Shown piece by piece: positions 30,864 through 40,854 of a stretch of 64,000 bases of DNA (position 1 is the first letter of the stretch; each line of letters opens with the position of its first letter). The translations under genes were made by a program, and so were the position numbers. Where the stretch lies: NCBI GenBank assembly GCA_964291495.2, contig OZ219872.1, positions 128,001 through 192,000 on the forward strand, read 5' to 3'. This stretch comes from Dehalococcoidia bacterium (GTDB lineage: Bacteria; Chloroflexota; Dehalococcoidia; UBA2979). The notes beneath the pieces are model-generated. The model was given only the letters and a program-made list of their open reading frames with translations. It searched no databases and was not told the DNA's origin.

Positions 30864-32420
30864 ATGCCGAAGCGCGTGCTGCTGGCGAACCGCGGGGAGA
30901 TCGCGCTGCGCGTCCAGCGCAGCTGCCGCGAGCTGGGCATCGAGACCGTCGCCGTCTACTCCGAGGCGGACCGCGACGCGCTGCACGTCCGCAACGCCGA
31001 CGCCGCCGTGCTGATCGGGCCCGGCCCGGCCACCCAGTCCTACCTTGTCATCGACAACATCATCGAGGCGGCCCGGCAGACGGGCGCGGACGCGGTGCAC
31101 CCCGGCTACGGCTTCCTCTCCGAGAACCCCGCCTTCGCCGAGGCCTGCGACGCGGCCGGCATCACCTTCATCGGGCCGCCCGCCTCGGCGATGCAGGCGA
31201 TGGGCGACAAGGTGCAGGCGCGGCGGCTGATGGAGGCCGCAGACGTCCCGGTCGTCCCAGGCGCCGAGGACATCGACCCGCAGAACGTCGAGCACGCGCG
31301 CGCCGAGGCCGAGCGGATTGGCTTCCCGCTGCTCGTCAAGGCCGCCTCCGGCGGCGGCGGGCGCGGCATCCGCATCGTCGAGAGCAGCGACGAGCTTGAG
31401 GACGCGATGCGCGTCTCCGGCACCGAGGCGGCCGCCGCCTTCGGCGACGCGACGATCTTCCTCGAGAAGTACGTCTCGCCGGCCCGCCACGTCGAGGTGC
31501 AGGTGATGGCCGACGCGCACGGCAACGTGCGCGCCTTCGGCGAGCGCGAGTGCTCGATCCAGCGCCGCCGCCAGAAGCTGATCGAGGAGGCGCCCTCGGT
31601 CGCGGTCGACCCCGACCTGCGCGCGCGGCTCTGCGACGTCGCGGTGACGGCCGCGCGCAGCTGCGGCTACCGCAACGCCGGCACCGTCGAGTTCCTGCTC
31701 GGCGAGGACGGCGAGTTCTACTTCCTCGAGATGAACGCGCGGCTCCAGGTCGAGCACCCCGTGACCGAGTTCGTCTACGGCGTCGACCTCGTGGCGCTGC
31801 AGCTCGCGGTCGCCGACGGCGAGCCGCTGCCGGACGACGCCGGACTGGCGCAGCCGCACGGCTGGGCGATCGAGGCGCGGATCAACGCCGAGAACGCCTA
31901 CGCCAACTTCGCGCCCTCGTTCGGACTCGTGCGGCGTGTCGAGCCGCCGCTCGGTCCAGGCGTGCGCTTCGACTCGATGCTCTACGACGGGCTGGACGTA
32001 CCGGTCTTCTACGACTCGCTGCTGGGCAAGCTGATCGTCTGGGCGGAGGACCGCCCGGCCGCGATCGAGCGGCTGCGGCGCGCGCTGCAGGATCTCCTGG
32101 TCGCCGGCATCGACACCAACGCGCCGTTCCACCTCGCGCTGCTCGACCACCCGGACTACGTCTCGGGCGCGGTCGACACCGGCTGGCTGGAGCGCGAGTT
32201 CGAGATGCCCCCACCGCCCGAGGACGACCCGAGCGAGGTCACGGCGCTGATCGCCGCCGCGCTCGCGTCGGGCATGAGCAGCGCTCGCGGATCGGGCGCG
32301 AACGGAGCAGCGGGCGCGCCGGGGCGCGGCTGGGCGCTGGCCGGGCGCAGCGACGCGCTGGGCGCGCGCGTGCGCCACGCGGAGGGACGAGGATGGCGAA
32401 GCGGCATCGGCTCCTCGTAG
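30864..32420 (+). CDS. accC: Biotin carboxylase (acyl-CoA carboxylase subunit)
   Basis: LANRGEIA, HPGYGFLSEN, GGGGRG, RECSIQRR, EMNARLQVEH. Confidence 0.92.
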   Translation: MPKRVLLANRGEIALRVQRSCRELGIETVAVYSEADRDALHVRNADAAVLIGPGPATQSYLVIDNIIEAARQTGADAVHPGYGFLSENPAFAEACDAAGITFIGPPASAMQAMGDKVQARRLMEAADVPVVPGAEDIDPQNVEHARAEAERIGFPLLVKAASGGGGRGIRIVESSDELEDAMRVSGTEAAAAFGDATIFLEKYVSPARHVEVQVMADAHGNVRAFGERECSIQRRRQKLIEEAPSVAVDPDLRARLCDVAVTAARSCGYRNAGTVEFLLGEDGEFYFLEMNARLQVEHPVTEFVYGVDLVALQLAVADGEPLPDDAGLAQPHGWAIEARINAENAYANFAPSFGLVRRVEPPLGPGVRFDSMLYDGLDVPVFYDSLLGKLIVWAEDRPAAIERLRRALQDLLVAGIDTNAPFHLALLDHPDYVSGAVDTGWLEREFEMPPPPEDDPSEVTALIAAALASGMSSARGSGANGAAGAPGRGWALAGRSDALGARVRHAEGRGWRSGIGSS

Positions 32421-32926
32421 GCGGCGAGGAGCGCACGGTCGTGCTCGACAGCGCCCCCGGCGAGGGCGGCGAGACGCTCGTCACGATCGACGAGGCGGAG
32501 CCGATCGCGATCGCCGTGGACGCGGCGGAGCTGCCCGGCTTCGTCTCGTTCCGCATCGGAGGCGTCACGCGGCGCGCCTACGTCGCGCGCGACGGCGCCT
32601 CGTTCGACGTGACCGTGGGCTCGCGGCGTTTCGTGGTCCAGCAGGTCACGGGCAGCGGACGCGGGCGCGGCGTGGTCGGCGGCGCCGAGGATGCGCCCGG
32701 CGAGATCACCTCCCCCCTCGCGGGCGTCGTCGTCGAGGTGCGCGTCGCGCCGGGCGACGTGCTGGAGGCCGGCACGACGGTGCTCGTCCTCGAGGCGATG
32801 AAGATGCAGAACGAGGTGCTGATCCCGCTCGACGGCACGGTGACGGCCGTGCGCGTGAACGCCCGCGACAGCGTGGAGCAGGGCCAGTTGCTCGTCGAGT
32901 ACGACCCCGACGGAGCGGACGAATAA
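32393..32926 (+). CDS. Biotin carboxyl carrier protein
   Basis: EAMKM biotinylation motif; ATG 32393 overlaps the end of accC. Confidence 0.88.
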   Translation: MAKRHRLLVGGEERTVVLDSAPGEGGETLVTIDEAEPIAIAVDAAELPGFVSFRIGGVTRRAYVARDGASFDVTVGSRRFVVQQVTGSGRGRGVVGGAEDAPGEITSPLAGVVVEVRVAPGDVLEAGTTVLVLEAMKMQNEVLIPLDGTVTAVRVNARDSVEQGQLLVEYDPDGADE

Positions 32927-33030
32927 GCACGAATCCGCCGCCGCCGCGACCACAGGCATTGCCGGTAGTGCTAGAATCTGCGCCCGCGCGCCCCGGTCGG
33001 GCGCCCGGATGTAGCTGAGAGGCGCCTCCG

Positions 33031-33585
33031 ATCGCGAAAGAGCTGCGGGTCAACGATCAGATTCAGGTTCCGCAGGTCCGCGTGATCCGTGACACCGAGC
33101 AACTCGGCATCCTCGATATCGACGAGGCGCAGCGCATTGCCGACGAGGCGAACCTCGACCTCGTCGAGGTTGCGCCGACGGCGACCCCGCCCGTCGTCCG
33201 GATCATGGACTACGGCAAGTTCAAGTATCAGCAGGCCAAGCGCGAGCGCGAGTCGCGCAAGTCCTCGCGCCACTCCTCGCTGCGGGAGGTGCGGATGCGC
33301 GTCAAGATCGACGAGCACGACATCGCCTTCAAGGCGCGCACCGCGCGCAAGCTGCTGGGCGAGGGCGACAAGGTGAAGATCTCGGTGATGTTCCGCGCGC
33401 GCGAGATCACCCACCCGGAGGTCGGCCGCGACCTGCTCGATCGCTTCTACTCGCGCATCGAGGACGTCGCGACGATCGAGCGGCCGCCGCAGATGGAGGG
33501 CCGCATGCTCTCGATGGTCGTCATGCGCGACCCCAAGGCGGCCGCCGGTGAGGCGCCGGACGCCGCGGCGGCGTCCTCCGGGTAG
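33031..33585 (+). CDS. infC: Translation initiation factor IF-3 (ATC start)
   Basis: IAKELRVNDQI..LDLVEVAP..MDYGKFKY; in-frame TGA at 33016 and no canonical start before the conserved N-terminus. Confidence 0.95.
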   Translation: MAKELRVNDQIQVPQVRVIRDTEQLGILDIDEAQRIADEANLDLVEVAPTATPPVVRIMDYGKFKYQQAKRERESRKSSRHSSLREVRMRVKIDEHDIAFKARTARKLLGEGDKVKISVMFRAREITHPEVGRDLLDRFYSRIEDVATIERPPQMEGRMLSMVVMRDPKAAAGEAPDAAAASSG

Positions 33586-33634
33586 CTGCGGGCGCTGCTG
33601 GCCCGTAGCGCGTCCGCCTCGGTAGACTCGAACC

Positions 33635-33829
33635 ATGCCGAAGATGAAGACCCACCGGGGCACGGCGAAGCGCGTGAAGGTCACGGGCAGCGGGAAGCTG
33701 CTGGTGCGCGCCCACCACCTCAACAACAAGCGCATGAAGAAGCGCCGCGAGAAGCTGGAAGCGCTGGGCCGCATGCACGAGGTGGACAAGACGCAGCGCA
33801 AGCGCATTCGCCGGCTGCTCGGCCGCTAG
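33635..33829 (+). CDS. rpmI: 50S ribosomal protein L35
   Basis: MPKMKTHRGTAKRVKVTGSGK. Confidence 0.96.
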   Translation: MPKMKTHRGTAKRVKVTGSGKLLVRAHHLNNKRMKKRREKLEALGRMHEVDKTQRKRIRRLLGR

Positions 33830-33851
33830 CGCTCACAAGGGGTAGAGGACC

Positions 33852-34208
33852 ATGCCGCGTACGCGAAACCGCGTCGCCACGCGCGCCCGCCACAAGAAGA
33901 TCATTCGCCGCGCGCGCGGCCACCGCGGCAAGCGCCATCGCAACTTCAAGGTCGCCAACGAGTCGGTACTGCACGCCTTGCGCTACGCGACCGACCACCG
34001 GCGCGAGCGCAAGGGCGACTTCCGCCGCCTCTGGATCGTGCGCATCAACGCGGCGGCCCGCCTGCACGGCCTCAGCTACAGCCGCCTGATCCAGGGCCTC
34101 AAGCGCGCCGGCATCGAGATCGACCGCAAGATGCTCGCCGACCTCGCGGTGCGCGAGCCCGAGACCTTTGGCCGGCTCGCCGCCCGCGCCGAGGCCGCCC
34201 TGGCCTGA
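33852..34208 (+). CDS. rplT: 50S ribosomal protein L20
   Basis: FRRLWIVRINAAAR, IDRKMLADLA. Confidence 0.97.
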   Translation: MPRTRNRVATRARHKKIIRRARGHRGKRHRNFKVANESVLHALRYATDHRRERKGDFRRLWIVRINAAARLHGLSYSRLIQGLKRAGIEIDRKMLADLAVREPETFGRLAARAEAALA

Positions 34209-34232
34209 CGCCGGAACTTCCGGGGGCAAGCA

Positions 34233-34257
34233 AACGGGGCGGCTGAGCCGCCCCGTT
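34233..34257. terminator. Hairpin between convergent rplT and the DUF169 gene
   Basis: aacggggcggc-tga-gccgccccgtt. Confidence 0.7.
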
Positions 34258-34286
34258 CGGTATTCGCTGCTACCGCGTCCCTGGCG

Positions 34287-35093
34287 TCAGTTCACCGGCG
34301 GGAAGCGCTTCATATCCTCGGCGGCGTAGCCCGCCACGGCAAGGTCGGCGCCCCCGGCCGCCTCGATCTTCGAGACGACGTCGGCCAGCTGGCTTGCCGG
34401 AATCGCGCAGGTCATTTCGGAGTTGGACATCCCGGTCCGTACACGACTGAGCTGTCAGCCAACGCTCGCGGCTGCGACTCCATGTTCCTTCGCCATCGCG
34501 ACGATGTGGCACTGCGGCTTGCCCTGCAGGCTCAGGTCCGGCAGCGCGTCGGACAGCACCATCAGCTGCCGGCCGGTGACGCGCAGCATCACCACGTCCG
34601 GGTCGATCGGCGTATCGGATAGCGGGCCGTAGGTGATCGCACCGGGCTTCTCGCTGATCGTCGGGATCAGCGGCACCACGTCCATCGTCACCCAGCCGCA
34701 CTCGAGGACCGCGGCCACGTCGGAGTTGCCCGCGACCTCATCGAGGGTCTTGAGGCCGTGCGTCAGGCTGCCGACGCTGCAGTTGCCGTGGTCCTCGGCC
34801 ACGGTCGAGAACGTGCGGTCCGTGGACTTCATCCAGAACACGCAGCCGGCCGAGACGCGGCCGGTGCGGCCGTCCTCGAGCGGCGGCGGCATCGGGTCGT
34901 CGAAAGCGTCCACGCCGTCGGGAGGCGCGTCCGAGAAGGTGATCGCGATCGGCGGTACGTCGGTCCCGACGCTCGACATCAGCCGCTGGCTGAGGCCCGC
35001 CCAGTCCTCTGTCGTGGCCATCGCCACCTCCCCATTCGCGCCGCCTCCGAAGACGCGGCGCACAAGATTCCCGAACCAGTTTCCGGTACTCAT
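34287..35093 (-). CDS. DUF169 (COG2043) protein with in-frame TGA at 34455-34457; candidate selenoprotein
   Basis: PIAITF, AGCVFW, HGNCSVG, YGPL..PDVV, PQC, then SVG-TGA-QLSR continuing 55 codons in frame to a stop at 34287; alternative start 35021. Confidence 0.8.
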
Positions 35094-35172
35094 GGCTGGA
35101 GTATGCTCCAACCTTCCCAAAATGACAAAGGCCGGAGTCCGAGGGCCGCGAGGCGCGCGCGGGAGCCGGTTC

Positions 35173-37608
35173 CTACGCGCGCTGCTCCGCGCCGTGCTCG
35201 CGCGCGAGGCGCTGGAGAATGCGCGCCTGCTCGCGGTTGGCGTCCTCGCCCGTGAGCGTGCGGTCGGGCGCCTGGTAGCGGATCGCGAAGGCGATCGACT
35301 TCTTGCCCGCGGGCAGCTGCTCGCCTCGGTAGACATCGAAGACGCGCGCCTCGGCGACCAGCCGCGACTGCTCGATCAGCGCCTGCAGCGCGCCCGCCGG
35401 GACGCCCTCGTCGACGACGAGCGCGACGTCCTGCTCCACCGCCGGGAAGCGCGGCACCGGCTCGGCGCTGCGCCGCCTGGGCGACGCCACGAGCAGCGCC
35501 GCGAGGTCCAGCTCGAAGAGCGCGACCGGCTGCTCGACGCCGAACGCCTCGAGGGTGTCCGGGTGCACCTCGCCGAGCGTGCCGACGGGCGTACCGCCGA
35601 TGCCGACGCGCGCACAGCGGCCAGCGAGCAGGCCGTGCTCCTCGGACGGCTCGTACTCGAAGGCGACGCCGAGGCGCTCGCCCAGCTCGTCGAGCACGCC
35701 CTTCGCGTCGAAGAAGCCGAGGGCGCGCTCGAGCGGGCTGCCCCAGCGGTCGCGATCTGCGCCGCAGAGCGCGCCAACGACGACCTCGCGCTCGTCGGGC
35801 AGCGGGCCGTCCGCGCCGCGGCGCGGCGCGTAGATGCGCCCGGCCTCGAAGATCGCGATCTCGTCCGCGCCCGCGCGCAGGTTGCGGTCGACCGTTTCAA
35901 TCAGCGAGTGGCGCAGCGAGGTGCGCAGCACCTCGTGTTCCGAGGAGAGCGTGTTGCGCAACTGCAGCGGCGCGTTCGCCTCCAGCTCGACGGGCGGCCG
36001 GACGCGGGCCAGCGCCTCGCCGGTGGTCAACGAGTAGTTGATCACCTCCTGCAACCCCGCGGCGGCGAGTGCGCGGTTCACGCGGTCGCGCAGCGCCGGC
36101 AGCGGGGCCGGCTCGTACGAGGGCACGCGCCCGCGCACCGTCGTTGCCGGCAGCCGGTCGTAGCCGGCGATGCGCACGACCTCCTCGGCGAGGTCGTCGG
36201 GGATCGTCACGTCGGTGCGCCACCACGGCGCGTCGACGAGGAAGCGCTCGGCCATGCCCTCCTCGCCGCCCTCGCGGGCGACCGCGAAACCGAGCGCGCC
36301 GAGGGCGGATGCGACCTCGGCGTCGGGGACGTGGAAGCCGAGCACGGTGTCGAGGCGCGAGCGCTCAAGGGCGACGCTCGCGGTGGGCTGCGGCCGCGGG
36401 TAGACATCGACCGCGCCGCGCCGCGCCGTGCCGCCGCAGACCTCGACGAGCAGCTGCGTCGCGCGCCGCGAGGCGTGGGCGGAAAGCTCCGGCGCGAGGC
36501 CGCGCTCGAAGCGCGAGGAGGCCTCGCTGCGCAGCCGCAGCCGCGTCGAGGTGCGGCGGATGCTCGCCGGGTCGAACTGCGCGGCTTCCAGCAGCACCCG
36601 CGTGGTGCCCTCGTGGACCTCGCTCTCGAGGCCGCCCATCACGCCGGCGAGCGCGATCGGCCCGCTGTCGTCGGTGATCAGCAGCGTGTCGTCGCTCAGC
36701 TCGCGGTCCTCGCCGTCGAGCGTGGTCAGGCGCTCGCCCTCGCGCGCGAGGCGCACGACGACCGTGCCCCGCAGCCGGTCGGCGTCGAAGGCGTGCAGCG
36801 GGTTGCCGAGCTCGAGCATCACGTAGTTCGTGACATCGACGACGTTGTTGATCGGGCGCTGCCCGGCGGCCTGCAGCCGCTCCTGCAGCCAGCGCGGCGA
36901 GGGCCCGACGGTGATGCCCTCGATCACCGTGGCGATGTAGCGCGCGCAGAGGTCAGGGTCGTCGATCGCGACGGCGGCGGCGTCCTCGACGGGCTCGTTG
37001 CCCTCGGAGTACTCGTCGTCCTGAAGGAGCAGCGCGGCGCCGAGGATGGCAGCGGCCTCGCGGGCGATGCCGGCCATGCTCATCATGTCGGCGCGGTTCG
37101 GCCAGGTATGCACGTCCAGCACCACGTCGCCGAGGTAGTCGGCGAGCGGCGCGCCCACGGGCGCGTCCCCGGGCAGCTCGAGGATGCCCTCGTGCTCCTC
37201 CGAGAGCCCCAGCTCGCGCTCGGACAGCACCATCCCCGAGGAATCGACGCCGCGGATGCGCGCCGCCTTGAGCGTCGCGGTCTCGCCGCTGCGCGGGTCG
37301 ACCAGCGTCGCGCCCTCGCGCGCGAAGGCGACGCGCTGGCCGGCGGCGACGTTCGGCGCGCCGCAGACCACGGTGTGCGGCTCGCCCGCGCCGTACTCGA
37401 CCGTCGCGAGCACGAGGCGGTCCGCGTTGGGGTGCGGGTCGACCGAAAGCACCTCGGCGACCGTCACCAGATCGCGGTCCCAGCCGCCTACGCGCTCGAT
37501 CCCCTCGACCTCCGCAGAGGCCATCGTCAGCCGCTCCGCGAACGCCTCGACGTCGAGGTCGTCCGGGAGGTCGACGTAGTCGCGCAGCCACTTGAGGGAG
37601 ACGAGCAT
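35173..37608 (-). CDS. pheT: Phenylalanyl-tRNA synthetase beta subunit
   Basis: MLVSLKWL, HPNADRL, VCGAPN, RPINNVVD, SSRFERG, C-terminal FDX-ACB domain. Confidence 0.97.
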   Translation of the reverse strand: MLVSLKWLRDYVDLPDDLDVEAFAERLTMASAEVEGIERVGGWDRDLVTVAEVLSVDPHPNADRLVLATVEYGAGEPHTVVCGAPNVAAGQRVAFAREGATLVDPRSGETATLKAARIRGVDSSGMVLSERELGLSEEHEGILELPGDAPVGAPLADYLGDVVLDVHTWPNRADMMSMAGIAREAAAILGAALLLQDDEYSEGNEPVEDAAAVAIDDPDLCARYIATVIEGITVGPSPRWLQERLQAAGQRPINNVVDVTNYVMLELGNPLHAFDADRLRGTVVVRLAREGERLTTLDGEDRELSDDTLLITDDSGPIALAGVMGGLESEVHEGTTRVLLEAAQFDPASIRRTSTRLRLRSEASSRFERGLAPELSAHASRRATQLLVEVCGGTARRGAVDVYPRPQPTASVALERSRLDTVLGFHVPDAEVASALGALGFAVAREGGEEGMAERFLVDAPWWRTDVTIPDDLAEEVVRIAGYDRLPATTVRGRVPSYEPAPLPALRDRVNRALAAAGLQEVINYSLTTGEALARVRPPVELEANAPLQLRNTLSSEHEVLRTSLRHSLIETVDRNLRAGADEIAIFEAGRIYAPRRGADGPLPDEREVVVGALCGADRDRWGSPLERALGFFDAKGVLDELGERLGVAFEYEPSEEHGLLAGRCARVGIGGTPVGTLGEVHPDTLEAFGVEQPVALFELDLAALLVASPRRRSAEPVPRFPAVEQDVALVVDEGVPAGALQALIEQSRLVAEARVFDVYRGEQLPAGKKSIAFAIRYQAPDRTLTGEDANREQARILQRLAREHGAEQRA

Positions 37609-37621
37609 GCGGCGGGCCTCG

Positions 37622-38050
37622 CTAGAACTGGTCGAGCAGGATGGCGTTGCCATCCGGGTCTTCGATCACGATGTGCGCAGGGCCCTCGTCCTCGGTGGCC
37701 GGGAGCGCTACCGAGGGGTCCTGGCCGTCCGGCATCTCGTGCAGCAGCTCGGTCTCGAGGCCGCGCTCGGCGAGGCGGCTCTGGACGGCGCGCACGTCGG
37801 GCGGATTGAAGGTCAGGATGTTGCCCTCGAACATCCCCTCGAAGAGGCCGATCATCGCGCCGCCCTGGCGCATCATCAGCCAGCCCTCGCCGCCGCCGAG
37901 CGGCTCGAAGCCGAGCTGCTCATAGAACGCCTGCGAGACCGCGAGGTCGCTCACCGACAGGCTCACCGAGAAGTAGCCGAGGTTCGGGTCGCCCGCCGGT
38001 GGCGGCTCGGGCGCCTCGATGTCGCCGGCTGTCGGGTCGGCTTCGGACAT
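37622..38050 (-). CDS. VOC/glyoxalase family protein
   Basis: SLSVSDLAVSQAFYEQLGF...EDPDGNAILLDQ. Confidence 0.85.
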   Translation of the reverse strand: MSEADPTAGDIEAPEPPPAGDPNLGYFSVSLSVSDLAVSQAFYEQLGFEPLGGGEGWLMMRQGGAMIGLFEGMFEGNILTFNPPDVRAVQSRLAERGLETELLHEMPDGQDPSVALPATEDEGPAHIVIEDPDGNAILLDQF

Positions 38051-38052
38051 CG

Positions 38053-39126
38053 TCAGACCCCCTGGAACTGGCGCAGGAAGCGCAGGTCGTTGGCGTAGAA
38101 GTTGCGGATGTCCTCGATGCCGTGGCGCAGCATCGCGATCCGCTCGACGCCCATGCCGGCGGCGAAGCCGGTGTAGCGCTCCGGGTCGTAGCCGGAGGCA
38201 GCGAGCACCTCGGGGTGCACCATCCCCGCACCGAGGATCTCGAGCCAGCCGCTGCCGCGGCAGACCGCGCAGCCCGGCTCGTCGCCGGGGCAGGAGAAGC
38301 AGTCGACGGCGACCTCGACGCCGGGCTCGACGAAGGGGAAGTAGGAGTGGCGCAGCAGCACGCGGCGCTCGACGCCGAAGAGCTGGCGCGCGAACTCCAG
38401 CAGCGTGCCCTTGAGATCGGCGAGCGAGACGCCCTCGTCGACGGCGAGCAGCTCGACCTGCGTCATCATCCACTCGTGCGTCGCGTCGGTCGCCTCGTAG
38501 CGGTAGCAGCGGCCGGGCACGGCGATGCGCACGGGCGGTTCGTGGGCGTCGAGGTAGCGAATCTGCATCGGCGAGGTATGCGTGCGCAGCAGCAGCGGCT
38601 GCTCGCCGTCGACGTCCTCGTCGAGCCAGAAGGTGTCCCACATATCGCGCGCGGGGTGGTCCTCGGGGATGCGCAGGCGGGTGAAGTTGTAGTCGTCGAG
38701 CTCGACCTCGGGGCCCTCGACGGTGGCGAAGCCCATGCGCGTGAAGGCGTCGAGGATCTCCTGCAGGGTCTGGGTCACGGGGTGCAGGCCGCCGCGGCGG
38801 CGGCGCCGGCCGGGCAGCGTCACATCGACGGCGCCCCCGGCGAGCTGCGAGGCGAGGGCGGCGGCGCGCAGTTCCTCGTGGCGCGCCTCGAGCGCCGCCT
38901 CGAGGTCGCGCTTGAGCGCGTTGGCGGCCTGCCCGGTGGCGCGCCGCTCCTCGGCCGGCAGCGCGGAGAGCCCGCGCAGCACGCCGGTGAGCGCCCCCGA
39001 GCGCCCGAGCACGGAGCGCCGCCACTCCTCGACGGCCTCCTCGTCGCCCGCTGCGGCGAGCGCCTCGCGCCACTCGCGCGCGAGGCTATCGAGGTCGGTG
39101 GGGCTATCGGAGGCGTCGGCGGTCAT
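38053..39126 (-). CDS. pheS: Phenylalanyl-tRNA synthetase alpha subunit
   Basis: HPARDMWDTF, LLRTHTSPMQ, YFPFVEP, GMGVERIAM. Confidence 0.97.
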   Translation of the reverse strand: MTADASDSPTDLDSLAREWREALAAAGDEEAVEEWRRSVLGRSGALTGVLRGLSALPAEERRATGQAANALKRDLEAALEARHEELRAAALASQLAGGAVDVTLPGRRRRRGGLHPVTQTLQEILDAFTRMGFATVEGPEVELDDYNFTRLRIPEDHPARDMWDTFWLDEDVDGEQPLLLRTHTSPMQIRYLDAHEPPVRIAVPGRCYRYEATDATHEWMMTQVELLAVDEGVSLADLKGTLLEFARQLFGVERRVLLRHSYFPFVEPGVEVAVDCFSCPGDEPGCAVCRGSGWLEILGAGMVHPEVLAASGYDPERYTGFAAGMGVERIAMLRHGIEDIRNFYANDLRFLRQFQGV

Positions 39127-39185
39127 GTTTGGAGTGTCGCGCGCGCGGCGGGTGAGGGCAACGCGGCGCGGCGGCGGCGGCCTCG

Positions 39186-39650
39186 CTACAGCGTCCGCCG
39201 CCGTGGCGGAGGCTTGATCGCGTAGACCACGGCGGAGATCAGCGCCACGACCCCGCCCAGCCCCCACGCCGGAAGCCAGCCGAGGAAGGACAGGCCCCAG
39301 GCGCCCTCGGTACCGCCGGAGCCGAGCACCACCTCCACGACCAGCGCGGCCACCAGCATCGCGACCACGACCGGCACCGGCCCGAGGAAGGCGTAGATGA
39401 ACGCCGTCGCCACCACCGCGGCGGCCACGGCCCCGACGCGCGACGTGATCGCCTGCGAGGCAACCTTCCCCACGTTGACCCCGATCGCCGCGCCCCCGAG
39501 GACGCCGGCGACCACGGCGGCAACGAGCACGATCGCGGAACCCAAGGCTCCTGTCCTCCCCTGTCGCGCACCGGCGTCGGCGGTCGCCGGCGACGATACG
39601 CCCTGTGTCGTGGGTGGTGTCGGAAGCGGAGGCCGACAGGACGCCGTCAT
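39186..39650 (-). CDS. Hypothetical membrane protein
   Basis: About four hydrophobic helices. Confidence 0.55.
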   Translation of the reverse strand: MTASCRPPLPTPPTTQGVSSPATADAGARQGRTGALGSAIVLVAAVVAGVLGGAAIGVNVGKVASQAITSRVGAVAAAVVATAFIYAFLGPVPVVVAMLVAALVVEVVLGSGGTEGAWGLSFLGWLPAWGLGGVVALISAVVYAIKPPPRRRTL

Positions 39651-39654
39651 CCGC

Positions 39655-40752
39655 CTATGTACGCTGTTCTACTACCTCGATCACGTCAACGACTGCCTCG
39701 GTCGCAATGAGACAGGCTGCCGCTTCGGTCTCCGTGGCATTCCGATCGTGTTGCAAAGAAGCCGCAAAACCCACAATCGCTCGGACCGACTTCCGAGCTT
39801 CCTTACGGCTTGATCCAGCGAGTTCTACCGCGATGTACGCCTCGAGGCGCCGCTTGGCATCGGTAGCGGATGGCTCGACTCCGTCGACTGGCGGATGCCG
39901 CTCCCTCACGTACACGGCTTCCGCGAGCGAAATCAGAATCTCGCGACAAAGATGGCCGACGGACTGGAAGTCCTCCTCCGCGCTCGCATCGGCAAGCCGC
40001 TCCCGCGCCCTCTCCACTTGTCGCTGCACCTTGGACCACGCTTCGCTCGTGGAGTCCTTGGACTCACGTGCGACGGTCCGCTCTGCACTGTCTGTAGATG
40101 GTTGAACGACTCCTGGCTGCATGACGTCGCGCAGAGGCCAAGAGTAAGTGGGAATACTAGGGATCTCGTAGGTCGGTACTTTGAATGACCCTTCGACGAT
40201 ACCTAAGTGCGTGTCTGGAAAGCGGTGGCCCACAATGGAGCCACTCAGCGCTCCTAGCGTGCCTCGAAACCGCTCCGCCAATGGCCTGAGAGCGTCCGCG
40301 AACTCTTGCGCTTGATTCCGAATGTACGAAGTGATTGCAGACCGGAAAGACTCATACACTCTCGACGGCTTGGCGGAGGCATACCTTGGATAGACGGATC
40401 GCAAATAGACTCTGGCTATTCGGCGGAGAACCCAGTCAGTGAGGCTCCCAAGGTCTTCTTCGCGAAGATCTGGGGCAATCAAGAGCCTATGGAGAGCTAG
40501 CACCGTATAGTGGCGATCATCGACGGGTCGGCCCTCTTGCTCCAGTTCTTGGAGGAATATCGCGTCCCCGATCGTCATGCTGCGCTTGAGTTCGAGCTTC
40601 CCGAATCGCTTCGTACGTACGACGACGGGCGTAGTCTCTATCAAAAGCGCCAATCGTCGAGGGTGCCGCTCCCCGCTGTTGTCTGTCTCAGCACGTACCG
40701 AATCCTGCAATCGTGCCCCCATTGCCCGAACCGTCACCCCACTTCCGGGCAC
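39655..40752 (-). CDS. Hypothetical protein with an Abi/HEPN-like helical C-terminal domain
   Basis: EEDFQSVGHLCREILISLA..TDAKRRLEAYI..LQHDR; low-GC N-terminal half; start uncertain. Confidence 0.6.
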   Translation of the reverse strand: MPGSGVTVRAMGARLQDSVRAETDNSGERHPRRLALLIETTPVVVRTKRFGKLELKRSMTIGDAIFLQELEQEGRPVDDRHYTVLALHRLLIAPDLREEDLGSLTDWVLRRIARVYLRSVYPRYASAKPSRVYESFRSAITSYIRNQAQEFADALRPLAERFRGTLGALSGSIVGHRFPDTHLGIVEGSFKVPTYEIPSIPTYSWPLRDVMQPGVVQPSTDSAERTVARESKDSTSEAWSKVQRQVERARERLADASAEEDFQSVGHLCREILISLAEAVYVRERHPPVDGVEPSATDAKRRLEAYIAVELAGSSRKEARKSVRAIVGFAASLQHDRNATETEAAACLIATEAVVDVIEVVEQRT

Positions 40753-40854
40753 GATACCTCAGCCTGCATCAGAACGCCCGTTTTCTTCGGCGCGCACCCC
40801 TTACGCCCGTCCCCTACAATCCCCACCACACCGCACTCCCGAAAGGAGCACCCC

